From Salpingoeca rosetta (lineage: Eukaryota; Protista; Choanoflagellata), in contig JAWQFM010000005.1 of assembly GCA_033442325.1 (NCBI GenBank), forward strand, positions 1,595,171 through 1,659,170: DNA of 64,000 nucleotides, written 5' to 3'. Under the pieces are notes generated by a model. The model was given only the letters and a program-made list of their open reading frames with translations. It was not told where the DNA came from and made no database searches. A program made the position numbers and the translations under genes. Below are positions 43,654-56,300 of the stretch, piece after piece. Position 1 is the first letter of the stretch. Each line of letters begins with the position of its first letter.

Positions 43654-46600
43654 GCTTCAAGGTCTGAGGTGGTGACGCGTTCCTGGATGTACTGCTTGAC
43701 TTTGGATTGGATGCTGGCCAGTCGCGCCTTTCTGCTCTGCAGCCGACGCTGCCGCCACTCGGCCTTCTTCTTCTCGGCGTCGGCGTCATCCACAGCAGCG
43801 GTCGCGGTGGTGGCGGTGGCGCCAGGGCCTTCGCTGGTGACCAGGCTAACCTTGCGAGAAGCAGCGCCCGGCTCCCCTCCCTCAGCGGCATCAAGGGCCT
43901 CTTCTTCGTCTGCAGCGTGCACGCCAACGTCGCCTTGCTCGCGTTTCGGCGACACGGATCGGTCTGAAATTGGAAGGTGTGAAGAAAACGAGAGAAGATT
44001 GGGGGGGGGGGGTATGGGGAGGTTGGAGTTATTGCATGGTGCATGGTGTTATCAGTCAATACAAGCGTAAAAGAGGACGAAGACGAAACGTGTGCGTGAG
44101 TGCGGGCGGGCGTGTGTTTGCATGTATGCATCTGTTTGCACGACGCGGAAGGTAAGCACCGCAAGAAGCTTATCGCGTTACCTTTGGAGCGAATGGCCCG
44201 GCGCCGTCCAATGTGCGACAGCTCTTGCACGATGGGCCACCAAGGTTCGTCATTGCGTGTCATCTTCAAGCGCACACCAGGGATGGAAAGCAGCACCAGC
44301 AGCAGCAACAACAGCAGCAACAGTAGCAGCAAGGGAAGCGGTTGTGAGCCTCTGCATGACAATTACAACGCCAGCGATAACAGGAAAGAAATACCAGCAA
44401 GCACACAGCCGCTCGCGCACACACAAACAGACACACAGACACAGGCACACACAGGGACACACAGACACAGGGACACACAGACACACAGACACACAGACAC
44501 ACACACAACACGCAGCCACACACCTCCACCATGACGAGGACGGATCCCATGGGAATGTCAACGTTGTACTCGTCAAAGAGCTGGAGGGACCGGCAGCCGG
44601 GCCGCATGGCAATGACAGGACATCCCGTCTGCGCGATCACTGTCTTCTTCGTCCCAATCTTGATCCTACGTGGCACGTGATACAACATTCGCAAGACAGA
44701 CAGTTGTGTGAGCGTGTGTGTGTTGGGTAGGAGTGACAGCCTGTGAGGTTGCATCATTATTGAGGAGAAACATGTGGCTGGAGTGTGCACGTAAGATGAA
44801 AGAGGGGGGCGGGGGTTGGGAGGAAGGAACGATAAAGTCACATTGTGAACATTCAACACATGCAAACACACAGACACAGACACAGACACAGACACGCACA
44901 CACACACACAACACAAAACACACCAGACATGCATACAACACAACACACACCAGACACACACGCACACAACACACACACACACACACAACACACACACACT
45001 ACACAAGACACACCTGGCACAGACACAACCACATACTCATGCACGTTACGTACAGAAGGGTGGCCAGCTCTGGCATGTAGATTTCGTCGCATTTGAGTTG
45101 AATGTTGAAGCTTGGGTTGAGCATGTTCTTGCCGTCGTACGTTGCCTCCTGCGCCGTGACGCAATCAAGCGGACCAGCGCTCAGCGATACGGTGCACATG
45201 ATGCTGCTGGAGACCTTGGCTGAGAGTGGTAGGTGGCGGGCTTCCAGCACACGCACACGCAGGGAGATGGGGTCGTTGTTCTCGACAAAGGACTGCAGCC
45301 CACGCTCCGAGTACGGGTCAAATCCGTCTTGCAGCATGTATGCCGGCTTGGGCACGTACCCAGAGTTGCCTGCACGCACCGCGAGGCAACGCATAGCATA
45401 GATGTTGTGGGCGTCGGAAAGTTTTGTCGTGAGCATGAGCGACGCGCGAGCTCAAGGGTGGCGGTGTGCACACATGCAAACGCGCACACCAACATACAAA
45501 CATTCAACACATACACACACAAACATTCAACACATACAAACACACAAACATTCAACACGTTCAACACATACATTAAACGCATGCAAACACATGCAGCCAG
45601 TCGCACAAGCACACGCGCGTGTGCTCACCGTTTCTGTTGAAAAAGTGCTTGTGCAGCCACATTTCTTCGCATGGCGTCTGCCAGTTGAGGGCCACGAGTT
45701 GGCAGCCAAAGTTCCAGTAGACCTGCGGGTCGTAATTGGCAGATTTGAAGCGGTGGTACGCGGGGTACACGCGCGTCAGGCGCTGCTGCGTAAACGTGTA
45801 CAGCTTGTCGCTCGACTTGTGAATGAGGCGATTCAGCTTCTTCTCGGAGAAGGACGACATGAATGCCGCCGTGGCGGCTGCGTTGGGGTGATCAAACCCG
45901 TGAAAGCGCACAGCCTGCGTGTAGTGCACGAGCGCGCTCAGCTTCTGGCTCATTTTCTTCGACGGAGTGCGTGTCGTGGTTGGTGCAGACGTCGAGTCTG
46001 TTGACGTGGCAAACTGTGCTGCAATGCGTTGCTGTAGCGCTTCCACCCACTCCTGGCGATCTTTATCCGACATCGCACCTGCCGCGCAAAGAATGACGTG
46101 CACACATGCGAATGCACGTGTGCGTGAGTGATGACACACGGCGGGTGATGCAGTTGCACGAGCTTACATGCATGCAGCAAGTGCGCATGTGCATGTGTAT
46201 GTGCATGTGCATGTGCGTGTGCGTGTGTAAGTGCGTGCGTGTTGAATGAACTGGGCGAAGATGAGCAGGGCAATATACCAATGTGGACGTGCACGCGGCT
46301 GTGATCTTCGTTTGAGCTGTTGAATGAGAGCGTAAATACAAAGCGTGGGCCATCGTCACAGCCTTTCTTCTTCTTCTTGCTGGAGATCTGCATTGCAGAC
46401 ACATCCACCAAATCCGACAGCAGCAGCTCGCCCGGTTTGGAATCAACCGGCCAAGAGTCCCTGGTGTACGCAGGAAGCAACAATTGCAATTGTGTGAGGG
46501 TGTGTGTGTGAGGGTGTGTGTGTGAGCGTGTGTGTGTGTGTGTGAGGGTGTGTGTAAGCGTGTGAGCGTGTGTGTGTGAGGGTGTGTGTGTGTGTGTGAG

Positions 46601-46734
46601 CGTGTGTGTGAGCGTGTGTGAGTGCGAGCAACTGCGGTAAACCGGCGTGCATAATCGGCACCCATATCAAGACAATCCACACAACTTCACACACCAATCT
46701 GCGCACAGGCACGCACACACACACAAACAAACAA

Positions 46735-46765
<31 letters not shown>

Positions 46766-46769
46766 AACA

Positions 46770-46801
<32 letters not shown>

Positions 46802-47975
46802 AACACGCACTTGCTGGCGAGGTATTCTCTGAATTCCGCGCGAAGGCACGCTTCCTCTTCTTCAATGTTGGCAACAATCTTCATCGGGGCGGCGTACACC
46901 AGACGTTTCTGCGTTAGAATGACCACGCAGCGTGTCCAGTCGCCGGTGGCGCAGCCGTCCGCGTCATCGCTGGATTGGATGTCCAGCAGTCCACTCAAGA
47001 GCGTGTCGCCCAGCTCTTCGCGGTCCTCTTCCTCCCCCGTCATAATACTCTGCAGGAGATACGTGTGAACATATGCGCGCATGTGTGTATGTCAGCGTGT
47101 GCGCGTATGTGCGAATGTGTGCGCGTGCGTTTTGGGACAAGAGCAGCGGGTTGCAAAAAGTCTATCATCGAGCAATGCAATGGAATTCCATCAGTCATTT
47201 CGCGGGTTGCCATGGCATTCCGCTTGAAACACACACACGCACACACACACACACACACGCACACCTTCCCCTTGATGAGGATCTTTCGCTTGAGGTCGTT
47301 GGGGGACGGAAGCTTGGGAAGGGCCTCGGTTGGGAAGTTGGGCAGTGGCTCAGACAAGAGCTCTGAGCCAAAGACTTCGACGAGCATGTCGGCCAACAGG
47401 TCCTGCTGCTGCACACACAGGTGGTTCTCCAAGGAGAGAACGAGTGGGAAATCGCTCACTGCCCACGCGTTGTCTCTGATGGCAAGAAGCACCTCCTGCA
47501 GGCGTGTGTGGTTGTGGTTGTGGTTGTGGGTGGTTAGGCTGACGTGGCGGCAAACGTTGGGGGGGGGGGGGTGGACAATGGGACAGAACCAGCAACATCA
47601 GTATTGCATTGAGTGCCGCGGACGCACGCACACACAAACACAAGCAAATACGTGCGCACACATATGCACGCACCTTGGTGTCGATGACGGTGCAGCGAGC
47701 GCCACCGTGTGTGATGATGGGAAAGCCGTTGGGTCCATCCCAAAGATCCAACTCAATGCACTTGCAGCCGTCGCGAAGACAGCGAACATACGCTTCCACC
47801 GACGATTCGCCAAGATACTGCCACCCAGCTGTAGGTGTGTGAGTGCGTGCGTGTCGATGAGAGGCAGGGGATCACACGTGTAAGTTCATGAATTCATGTA
47901 GTCTTGACTGAATATGCATGCAGGCTGCTGAGAACCACTCAGTCACACACAGACATTACTCATACACACGCACGT

Positions 47976-48007
<32 letters not shown>

Positions 48008-49051
48008 GCCTGCACGACTCACTGAGGTATGTGTTGTGTGAGGAAGAGATGAAGTAGTGTGTGAGCGGGGCATCCATGGACGGCTCGTGAACGGAGAGGA
48101 AGGAGGGGTGAATGAGGCAGTTGGCCTTGCTGTGCAGGTAGTCCAGCACAACAGACACGTGTACACATGTGTCCGGGTTGTTGGACATGAGGGATTTGAG
48201 CTGGCTGATGCGCTTCGAGCGGCGGCGCGGCACTGCTGCAATTGCCGTTAGCTCATCTGCCTCCTCAGCACGCATCGCATCAGCATCCTTGTCACCAGCG
48301 TGTTCGTGTGGCTGCGGTTGCTCCTGCTCCTGCGACCGCTGTTGTTGGTGCCGTTGCGGCTGCGATTGCTGTGTTGTGTCTTGTTGGTTGGCCTCTGTCT
48401 CAGCACGTCCATCCTCTTCTTCCACTGGGTCCTGCTTCCGTAGCGCCTTTGACCGTCTTTCCTTGGCCGGCGCCAAAGCAGCATCGGCACCCTTGCTCTT
48501 GGTGTTGGAGTTGATGGCGTGGTCGCCTTGTTGCCCGGCAGCTGTCTTGTTTGCGACAACAGCACCTTTGGCCTTTGTTCTCTTCGGCCTTGTGTTTGAT
48601 GGTGTTGTTGTTGCTGCTGGCTCGGAGGACTTGGTGGCATGTTTCTTTGCCTTGCCACTTCCGTTCTCAGCAGCACGCGCCATTGTCGCGCCACTGCTCT
48701 TGTGGGCGGCTGCGGCTGCTGCTGTTGCTGTACCACTGGGGCGCTTGCTGCCTGTACTCAGCTTGCTCGAAGCAGGGCGAGGTGTTGTGGGTTTCCCCGC
48801 CGACTTGCGGGTGCTCTTGGCCACCGCTGACACTGGGCGCGCACCGGCCTTCTTCTTCGGTGAACGCAGCTGTGCTGACGCAGTTGACGTTGAAAGAGAC
48901 GAAGGTGCATGGCCGCGTGGTTGTTGCTGGCTACGCGTCTTGCTGCCCGCAGCAGACGCCGTGCGCCGGCTCGACGCTGCTGCAGACCCACTCGCTCGCT
49001 TGGACGCAGGCTTTGATCCAGGCTTGGACGCAGAGGAGGATGGTGATGGTG

Positions 49052-49083
<32 letters not shown>

Positions 49084-51411
49084 GATGCTTGTGTGGCGGG
49101 CTTGCTGCTCTTCTTCTTTCGCAGCTGGGCTGCGCCTGTGGTGCTTGCCGCAGAGCCACGCTTGGTGGAGGAAGCAGAAGCAGTTGCTGATGGTGTTTTG
49201 GTGTTGTGGCTTCGCCTTCCTCTCGCCGACACGGCCGCTGCCATGACTGCCGCGGTGTCATTGTCATCATCCGCATCACCTTCGTTCGCGCCATCGACGC
49301 CATCACCAACAGTTGCCTGTTGTGCTGCACCGTCAGTCTGCTGGTGCTGGTGGTGGTGTTTGCTCGCTGGTGCAGCTGCTTCTTCTTTGGCCTCGAGCAA
49401 CGGAGCACCTGTGACTGATGGTTCATCATCATCAGCAGCTGCTGACAATGCAGCTGATGTCTCTGTCGTTGTATTGGTGCGTACACTGTCGCCGAGCATG
49501 TCTGTGGTGCTACTGGCATGTGAGCTTGGCGGGCTAGCCCACGTCGCAGACCTCCGCAGTCGCGACTGCCTCCTGCTGCCCACTGCGCCGAGATCACCCA
49601 CAGCGTCGTGGTCCTCCCCGTTTTCGCTGTCGCTGCGCTTACGCTGGCCCCCACGGCGTCGCACGGCCGAGTTGTTCCGTGTTGTCTCCCCTGCTGTGCT
49701 GATTGTGCTGTGGCGGGCAGTGGACCGCGAGGAGGAGGAGGTGGTGGCCACGTCAAAGGCAAACGCGTGCGCTGGGGCGCCAATCGGGGGAGCGCTGAAG
49801 AGGGAGGTGCGGGAGCCAGGTGTGGAGGCAAACAGGAGCGACGAGACGGAGCCACGGGAGATGGCAGAGGGCCTTCGCGAGCGCATCACATCGCGCAGCG
49901 GGTCAAGCACGTGCGCAATCACTGCCTCTGTTCGTGTCAGCGACTCGTTCTGCACGTCGTGGAGGAAGTTGGAGAGGGATTCGAGTGTGAAGGTGTACAG
50001 GTCAAACGGGGTCACCCCACACCCCGCCTGCTTCTGGAAGCAATCAGAGCTCTCTGCATCGTCGCCAAGAGGGGATGAGCGGCCGGGGAGCTTTCGCCCC
50101 GTGATTTTGTTGGTGACGTGGCGCCGAAAAATGTCATCTTCAAACACCTGGCGTGTCGTGGTGTGAGGGAGTGCGAAGGGGGGGGGAGGTCAGTGAACGT
50201 ACAACAGCATATCGTACTGAAACAGTCATCCAGTGGATAGAATATGTGTTGACAAACGCAGACAGAGAGACGCACGAGGGATGGAAAGACAGCAACGCAG
50301 ACACACAGACACACACAGACACACACACACACAAACACACACGCGCGTACACAAACACAAACACAGGCACAGACAGACACACACACACACACACAAACAC
50401 CCACAGCGTACCCAATCCGAGTGTTGCATGAGCAGTGCCGTGTAAACAGCAAAGAGGCCATCCTCTGCGGTCCAGTCTTCCTCATCGTCATGCGCATGCG
50501 AGTTGTGACAGTCATTGCTGTCAACAGCAGCACCACCAACACCTCCATTGTCGGGATGGTCGTTGCTGCCGGCGGCGTGTGCCGTGTTTGCAGCATCTGT
50601 CGTGTTCTGGTTGCTGCTGTGGGTGGCTGCTGCTGCTGTGGTGGACGAGCAAGCGGAGGATACGGAGGAGGTTGAGTCCATGGACTTGCTGAGCGGGAAC
50701 ATGCTGACGGGGCGTCGCTTGTCTTCGCTCTCTCGCCGCGACGACTCGTTGGATGACTGGTGCCCGCCGCCTGCGGATGCGCGCGAGAGGGCGGTGATGG
50801 CGTCGCGGATGACGTCCGACACCTGCGATGCAGTGAGTTCAAGGCCAAGCCCCTTGGCGAGCGTGGTGATGACGGCGGGGCTGAGCACGGCGTTGGACTG
50901 GTCGCGGAGGCGCGCGTCAACCTTTGAACGCGCGTGCAGCCAGAGGCGGTGAAGGAGCGTGGGCAAGGTGTGCTCGTCCAGGCGGGATGGCACAATGTCG
51001 CCCTCCGGGTTCACCAGCAGGTGGGTGCGGGCCTCCACAAACTCGTGCAGGCGCATGTGCCACGACTGGGCCGTTTCTTCGTTTGGCAGCTTGAAGCTTG
51101 TGCTCTGCGGCACGAACTTGCTGCCATGAAACACGATCAAGCCGCAGTCCTCTGCCTGAAGCTCCTTCAAGTTGCCCGCAAACTTCTCACTTGCACATGC
51201 CTGTACATAATATGCATGTGTGTGATGGGGTGGAAAGGGAGGTGGGACATGGAAGCAACAAAGGAGTGGGCTGCGGTGAGCAGGTGTGGCAACTTGGTTG
51301 ATGGGTGGCAATGGACCGACAGCGCATGGCTACAGCCTTCAACATGCACGATTGCTCGGTTGCACACAGCCTTGTGCACAGGCTAGTGTTCACACAACTG
51401 TCACACACACG

Positions 51412-51467
<56 letters not shown>

Positions 51468-52232
51468 CATTCACCGTTGCACAGACTCCCAGCACACACA
51501 CACACACACACAGACCGACAGTGACAGATACAGGGGCATGCAGATGTGCAGTACCTGGAAGCCATAGCGCACGTCCTGGACGGAGAGCACGTCAATGTAT
51601 GGCTGGACGTTCTTCGGCATCTGGGCTGGGTCGTGTGGCTGGAACACGAGGAACAGCGTGGCCACCTTGAGCGAGAGGTGGCCGGGGATACCGTGTCCAT
51701 CGTGGAACAGGACGGCCTCAGATGCTTGTGGATGTTCAACCGACTGCTCCTCTGCTACAGACTCTTGCACCACGAGCCTCTGTGACACATGACAATCGCC
51801 AGGGAGATGATCGGGCGGGTCAACGGCAAACGAAGCAGCGACAGTCAGAGAGTAAGCGCAGTGACAGTATGGTCACGCATGAACGCATGTATAAATGCAC
51901 ATGTATAAACGCAGAAGTACGAACAGGTGCATGTGCGCAGAAGTATGAACGCATAAGGTCACACACATTCAGACATACACACACTTGCACCCACCCACCC
52001 ACACCCACACCCACCCTCCCCCCCCCCACACACACACACACGATGGCAGGCACGAGCGACTGACTTGGCGTTGCTGGAGGTCTTTCTTGTCTGCATGATG
52101 GTTTGAACGCCACCACTTCATCTTGGAGAAGAAGCCACGCACGCGTTTTGGCGAGCGCGAGGTGGAGCCTGAAGAGACTGCGGGTGGCAGCTCAAACGCC
52201 GCGTCCCCATGCTGATGGTTGGTCTTGTCCAT
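42013..52232 (-). CDS. Phosphoinositide phospholipase C, gamma-like (PH, EF region with long low-complexity insert, X, PH, Y, C2, long tail)
   Basis: X box: [18 protein letters not shown]...[13 protein letters not shown]...IITHG...PLVLSLENH...[17 protein letters not shown] box: LSALVHY...MSSFSE...LTRVYP...SANYDP...[11 protein letters not shown]...[10 protein letters not shown]. Followed by C2 ([12 protein letters not shown]). N-terminal PH includes [12 protein letters not shown]. Start and tail exons are approximate. Confidence 0.9.
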
Positions 52233-53152
52233 GGTTGTTGGTTGTTGGCTGCTCTTGCTGGCGCTTCCGCCAGTGTTATCGTTGAACAACCGCTGAGGTG
52301 AAGTAGAATGAACACAAGGCGGGGGGGGGGGGGGATGAGAGTTGTGAGTTTGCTGCTTGCGAGTGCAAATGGGAGATGCGACATGCATGGCCCTCGTGCA
52401 AACAACCACGCAGACACCCATGCACATGCAGCAGGCAGATCCACATCCACGCACACCAACACCTGAGGCAGGGAAGACTTACTTACTCTGCAAACAAGCA
52501 AGCAAGCAAGCGCGAGGTGCAAACCAAACACAGACGACGGCGTGGAATGACAGGCAGGCAACAGACCAAGACCAGCCAGCCAGCCAGCCAAATGTTTTGG
52601 TTTTCCTGTTCGCCTGCTTTCGCTTGCTTGGTTGGTGTGCGACAAGCAGTACCGCTACTACCAACCAACCAAACACTCAGTCTTCCTTTTGGGCCACTGT
52701 TAAGCGTGCATCGCATCACACGCAACGGCGCATATTGTGCTTGAATTTGATGGGAATTTAGTGTTCAGGACCATCGAGGCTTCGAAGTGGGCATCGTTGT
52801 CGTCAGGTTTCGCCTGCGCTTCTTGGTGTCGTGACCGCCCCTCAACAACGAACCCAGGCGAGGACTGAATTGAAATTTCCCCCCAAACAAAAAGCCCACA
52901 AACCAACCAGCAGCCAGTTGCATTGATGGTGGTGGTTGTGGTGAGCCGCGACAGCACGACAGCACGACAGCACGACAGCACGACAGCACACACACACACA
53001 CATAGCACAGCACACTGAACGAACAGCTGAAGAAGGCCTCACCACGCGACACTGGTGGTGGTGGTGTTGTTGTATTTCTTACAACGTTCGTGAGTCACAT
53101 CACTCACCAAAACAAGCGAGCTGGCTCGCCACTCACTACCGCCTACATCTCT

Positions 53153-53242
<90 letters not shown>

Positions 53243-53259
53243 GACATAGACACACATAG

Positions 53260-53302
<43 letters not shown>

Positions 53303-53387
53303 CACGCAGACACGCACAGACACACACACACACAACGTCAAGGTCACGATTGTTTGTTCCGACTAGTCGTACCTGGGCGAAGGAGTC

Positions 53388-56300
53388 ATGGAACTGCCAC
53401 CGTCGGGGCCACAGCGGCGGCCTGGTAGCTTCCAGAACATCCTGCGTCGAGGAGGATCTGCTTCGCATAACAAAGCCGACACGGACGATGATGACATCCA
53501 ATACGAGCTGCGGGCGCCAGTGCGTCGCCCATCCCTCTCCCACGGCATCTCGGCCGCCAGAAGCATCCCACGCTTCTCCAGCCCACATCACCACCAACGC
53601 CACAGCCACAGACAGGGCGGAAGCGACAGTGACGCCAATGACAACGGCGATGGTGACGATGACGACTACGAAGACGAGGATGAGGACGATGTTGGCGTTG
53701 GCGTTGGCGCTGGTGAGGGCAGGGCCCACCGCAACCAGCTGGCAGACGCCGACGATGAGGATGAGGGCGACGAGGACGAAGAGGACGCTGACATGGCGAG
53801 CGACGAAGATGACATGACCAGCAGCGCTGAAAAGGCCATGCGCCGGCTTCACGGCCACGTCGGCACCACAGTCATGGAGTCGACCACTACACCAAGCATC
53901 CGCATCCTCAGCGACAGCCGCACACAAACCTTGCAGCGAGGCACGTCCCCGTTTCATCTGCACCCCGACGCACCGCTGGAACAGCAGGCCCAGCACTTCC
54001 AGCAGCAGCAGCAGCAGCAGAACCAACAAGAGCAGCAGCACTTTGCAGCGCCCGAACACAGCGACGGACGACAACTTACCCCACCAAACCAACCCAACCT
54101 GCTAGCACCGCCCAGCGTCTTCGACGATGGCCTGGACGGCGAATCCGAAACGGACCCAGCCGACGCCCTCCCTGTCCCAAGTGAAAGCGTGGCCGCTGAT
54201 GACGGCACCGTCATCCCCGGCAGCGTACAGCCCGCACCCTCACCACCCCATACACCCCAGCTCCAGCGCCAGGCGCGACGCACCCAGCACCTGGGCAGCT
54301 CAACCTCCTCCACACGGCCCCTCCTGCTGCACACCGCATCATCGCCCTCGTCCTCGTCGCTCCAGGCATCCCCGATGGCCCACTTTCGGTCCAACAGCGA
54401 CAGCATCAACAACGACGACGACAACGGAAGCAACAGCAGCACGCCTCGTGTTAGCACCCCGAGTCGCGTGCGCACAGCGAGTGGGCGGCGGCCTGCACGC
54501 GCACGCACGCGCGGCCTGTCGTTCCGCAATTCCAGGTTCGGGCGGTTTCTCTTCCGCAGCAGCACCATCGACAGTGACTCCATGCCCATGACAGACCCGC
54601 GCCTCCCGCACCCACACCTGCACCCACACCACCTGCAGACGCTGTCCAAGTCCGGCCCAACGCACCTCAGCACCGCGTCCATCCAGACAATCGACCTGGA
54701 CCCCGCAGCATCGCGCCTGCCGCCGCAACAGCAGGAGCACCTTGTCGTGATAGACCATGAGGACGGCTCACAAACCCGCCACCGCCACGCCGTTCCCGGC
54801 GCCGCTGCTGCAGCGGGCCACCGTGGCCGACGCAAGACCCGCACCCTTAGCAGGCTTTCGTCCGTGTTTGGCGGGTGGAGGTGGGGCTCGCGCTCGGCGC
54901 AGCCGCCAGGCATGCCTCCCGGTGACAGCGGCGGCAGTAACGCGGGCGGCGGAAAGGGTGGCGATGGTGATGGTGGTGGTGGTGGTGGCAAGACGGAGAG
55001 CGAGCTGACAAAGGCAGAGATTGACCGCTTCTTCGCTGCACACTATCGCATCATCGATGCCGCACACGGGCGCGACAAGCACGGCATCCTGTTTGCAAAG
55101 GCCAGGGGCCGCATCCCTGAGCTCTTCTTCAACGTCCGAAACTCCAGGGCCTACGGCTACCTGTTTGTGTTCATGGTGCTGCTGCACATCATCAGCGCGT
55201 ACTTCGAGGACTTTCGTCGCACGGGCTATTGGGTGCCACCCGCGATTGCCGTGCTCTTCTACATTGCCGACAGCGCGATGAAGATGGCGTACATGACGCC
55301 GCGCGATTACGTCACCAAGCGCTGGAACCAGATCCACGTCATCTGCACCCTCCTCTTCTGCATCGACTTTGGGCTCATGCTGGCGGGGCACGTGCAGCCG
55401 TTTCGGTTGCTCCGGCCCTGGATCTACCTCAGCAAGGACAAGGAGTTGCGTCGCTTCTTCCAGGCGCTGGTGGCCATCCGCACCACGCTCGCCCTCCTCT
55501 TCCTCTACTTCTTCCTCTACGTCTTCTTCTTTGCCGCCATTGGTGTGCATCTGTTTGACGAGGCATACAAGACCACGTGCGCGCAGGCAAACATCGACGT
55601 CTCCGGCGCCTTTGACAACGTCCTCATCGCCTTTGTGCACATGCTAACGCTCAGCACGACAGAGAACTACCCCAACATCATGCTGCCCGTGTTTTACGAG
55701 CGGTGGTCCGGGTTCATCTTCTTCGGACTCTTTGTCCTCCTCGCCCTCTTCTACGTGCTGCCCATGGCGCTTGCGCTGGTCAACGACTCGTTCTGGCGCG
55801 CACAGGGCCTGCAGTGGAAGAAGGACCGCAAGAAGGAGCGCAAGACCCTCATCAAGGCTTTTAACATGCTTGACGTGCATAGCGTGGGCTGGCTCTCCCT
55901 CGACCAGTGGTGCACGTTCCAGGGCATTGTGCGGCCCAAGCTGCCCCGCTCGGCGCACCAGCTCACCTACAAGCTGGCCTGCGCCGGCAAGCCCGTGCTG
56001 GACTGGGAAAACTTCCTGGAGATCACCAACGTGCTCAAGGCCAAGCTCAAGGCGCGCCGCAGCGAGTTGCGGCCCATCTCCGACAAGTGGAAGCCGCTGC
56101 AGCAGCGCGTGTATGCGCTCGTGCGCTCGGACACATGGAACGCGTTCATCTGCTCGCTGGCCGTTGTGCACTGGATCACCTTCTGCCTCAAGTGGGAGGG
56201 GCGACCTGGGTGGGTGCCGGAGATTGTCGGCTCTGTGCAGACCTTCAACGTCGTGTGCTTCATTGTGGAGATTGCGCTCAAGGTTTTTGCGCACGGCTGG

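Noticed and set aside
48169-50166. 665-aa plus-strand ORF, and similar antisense ORFs at 42098-42925 and 53954-56645
   Set aside because: They are shadows of GC-rich coding exons on the opposite strand and carry no recognisable motifs.
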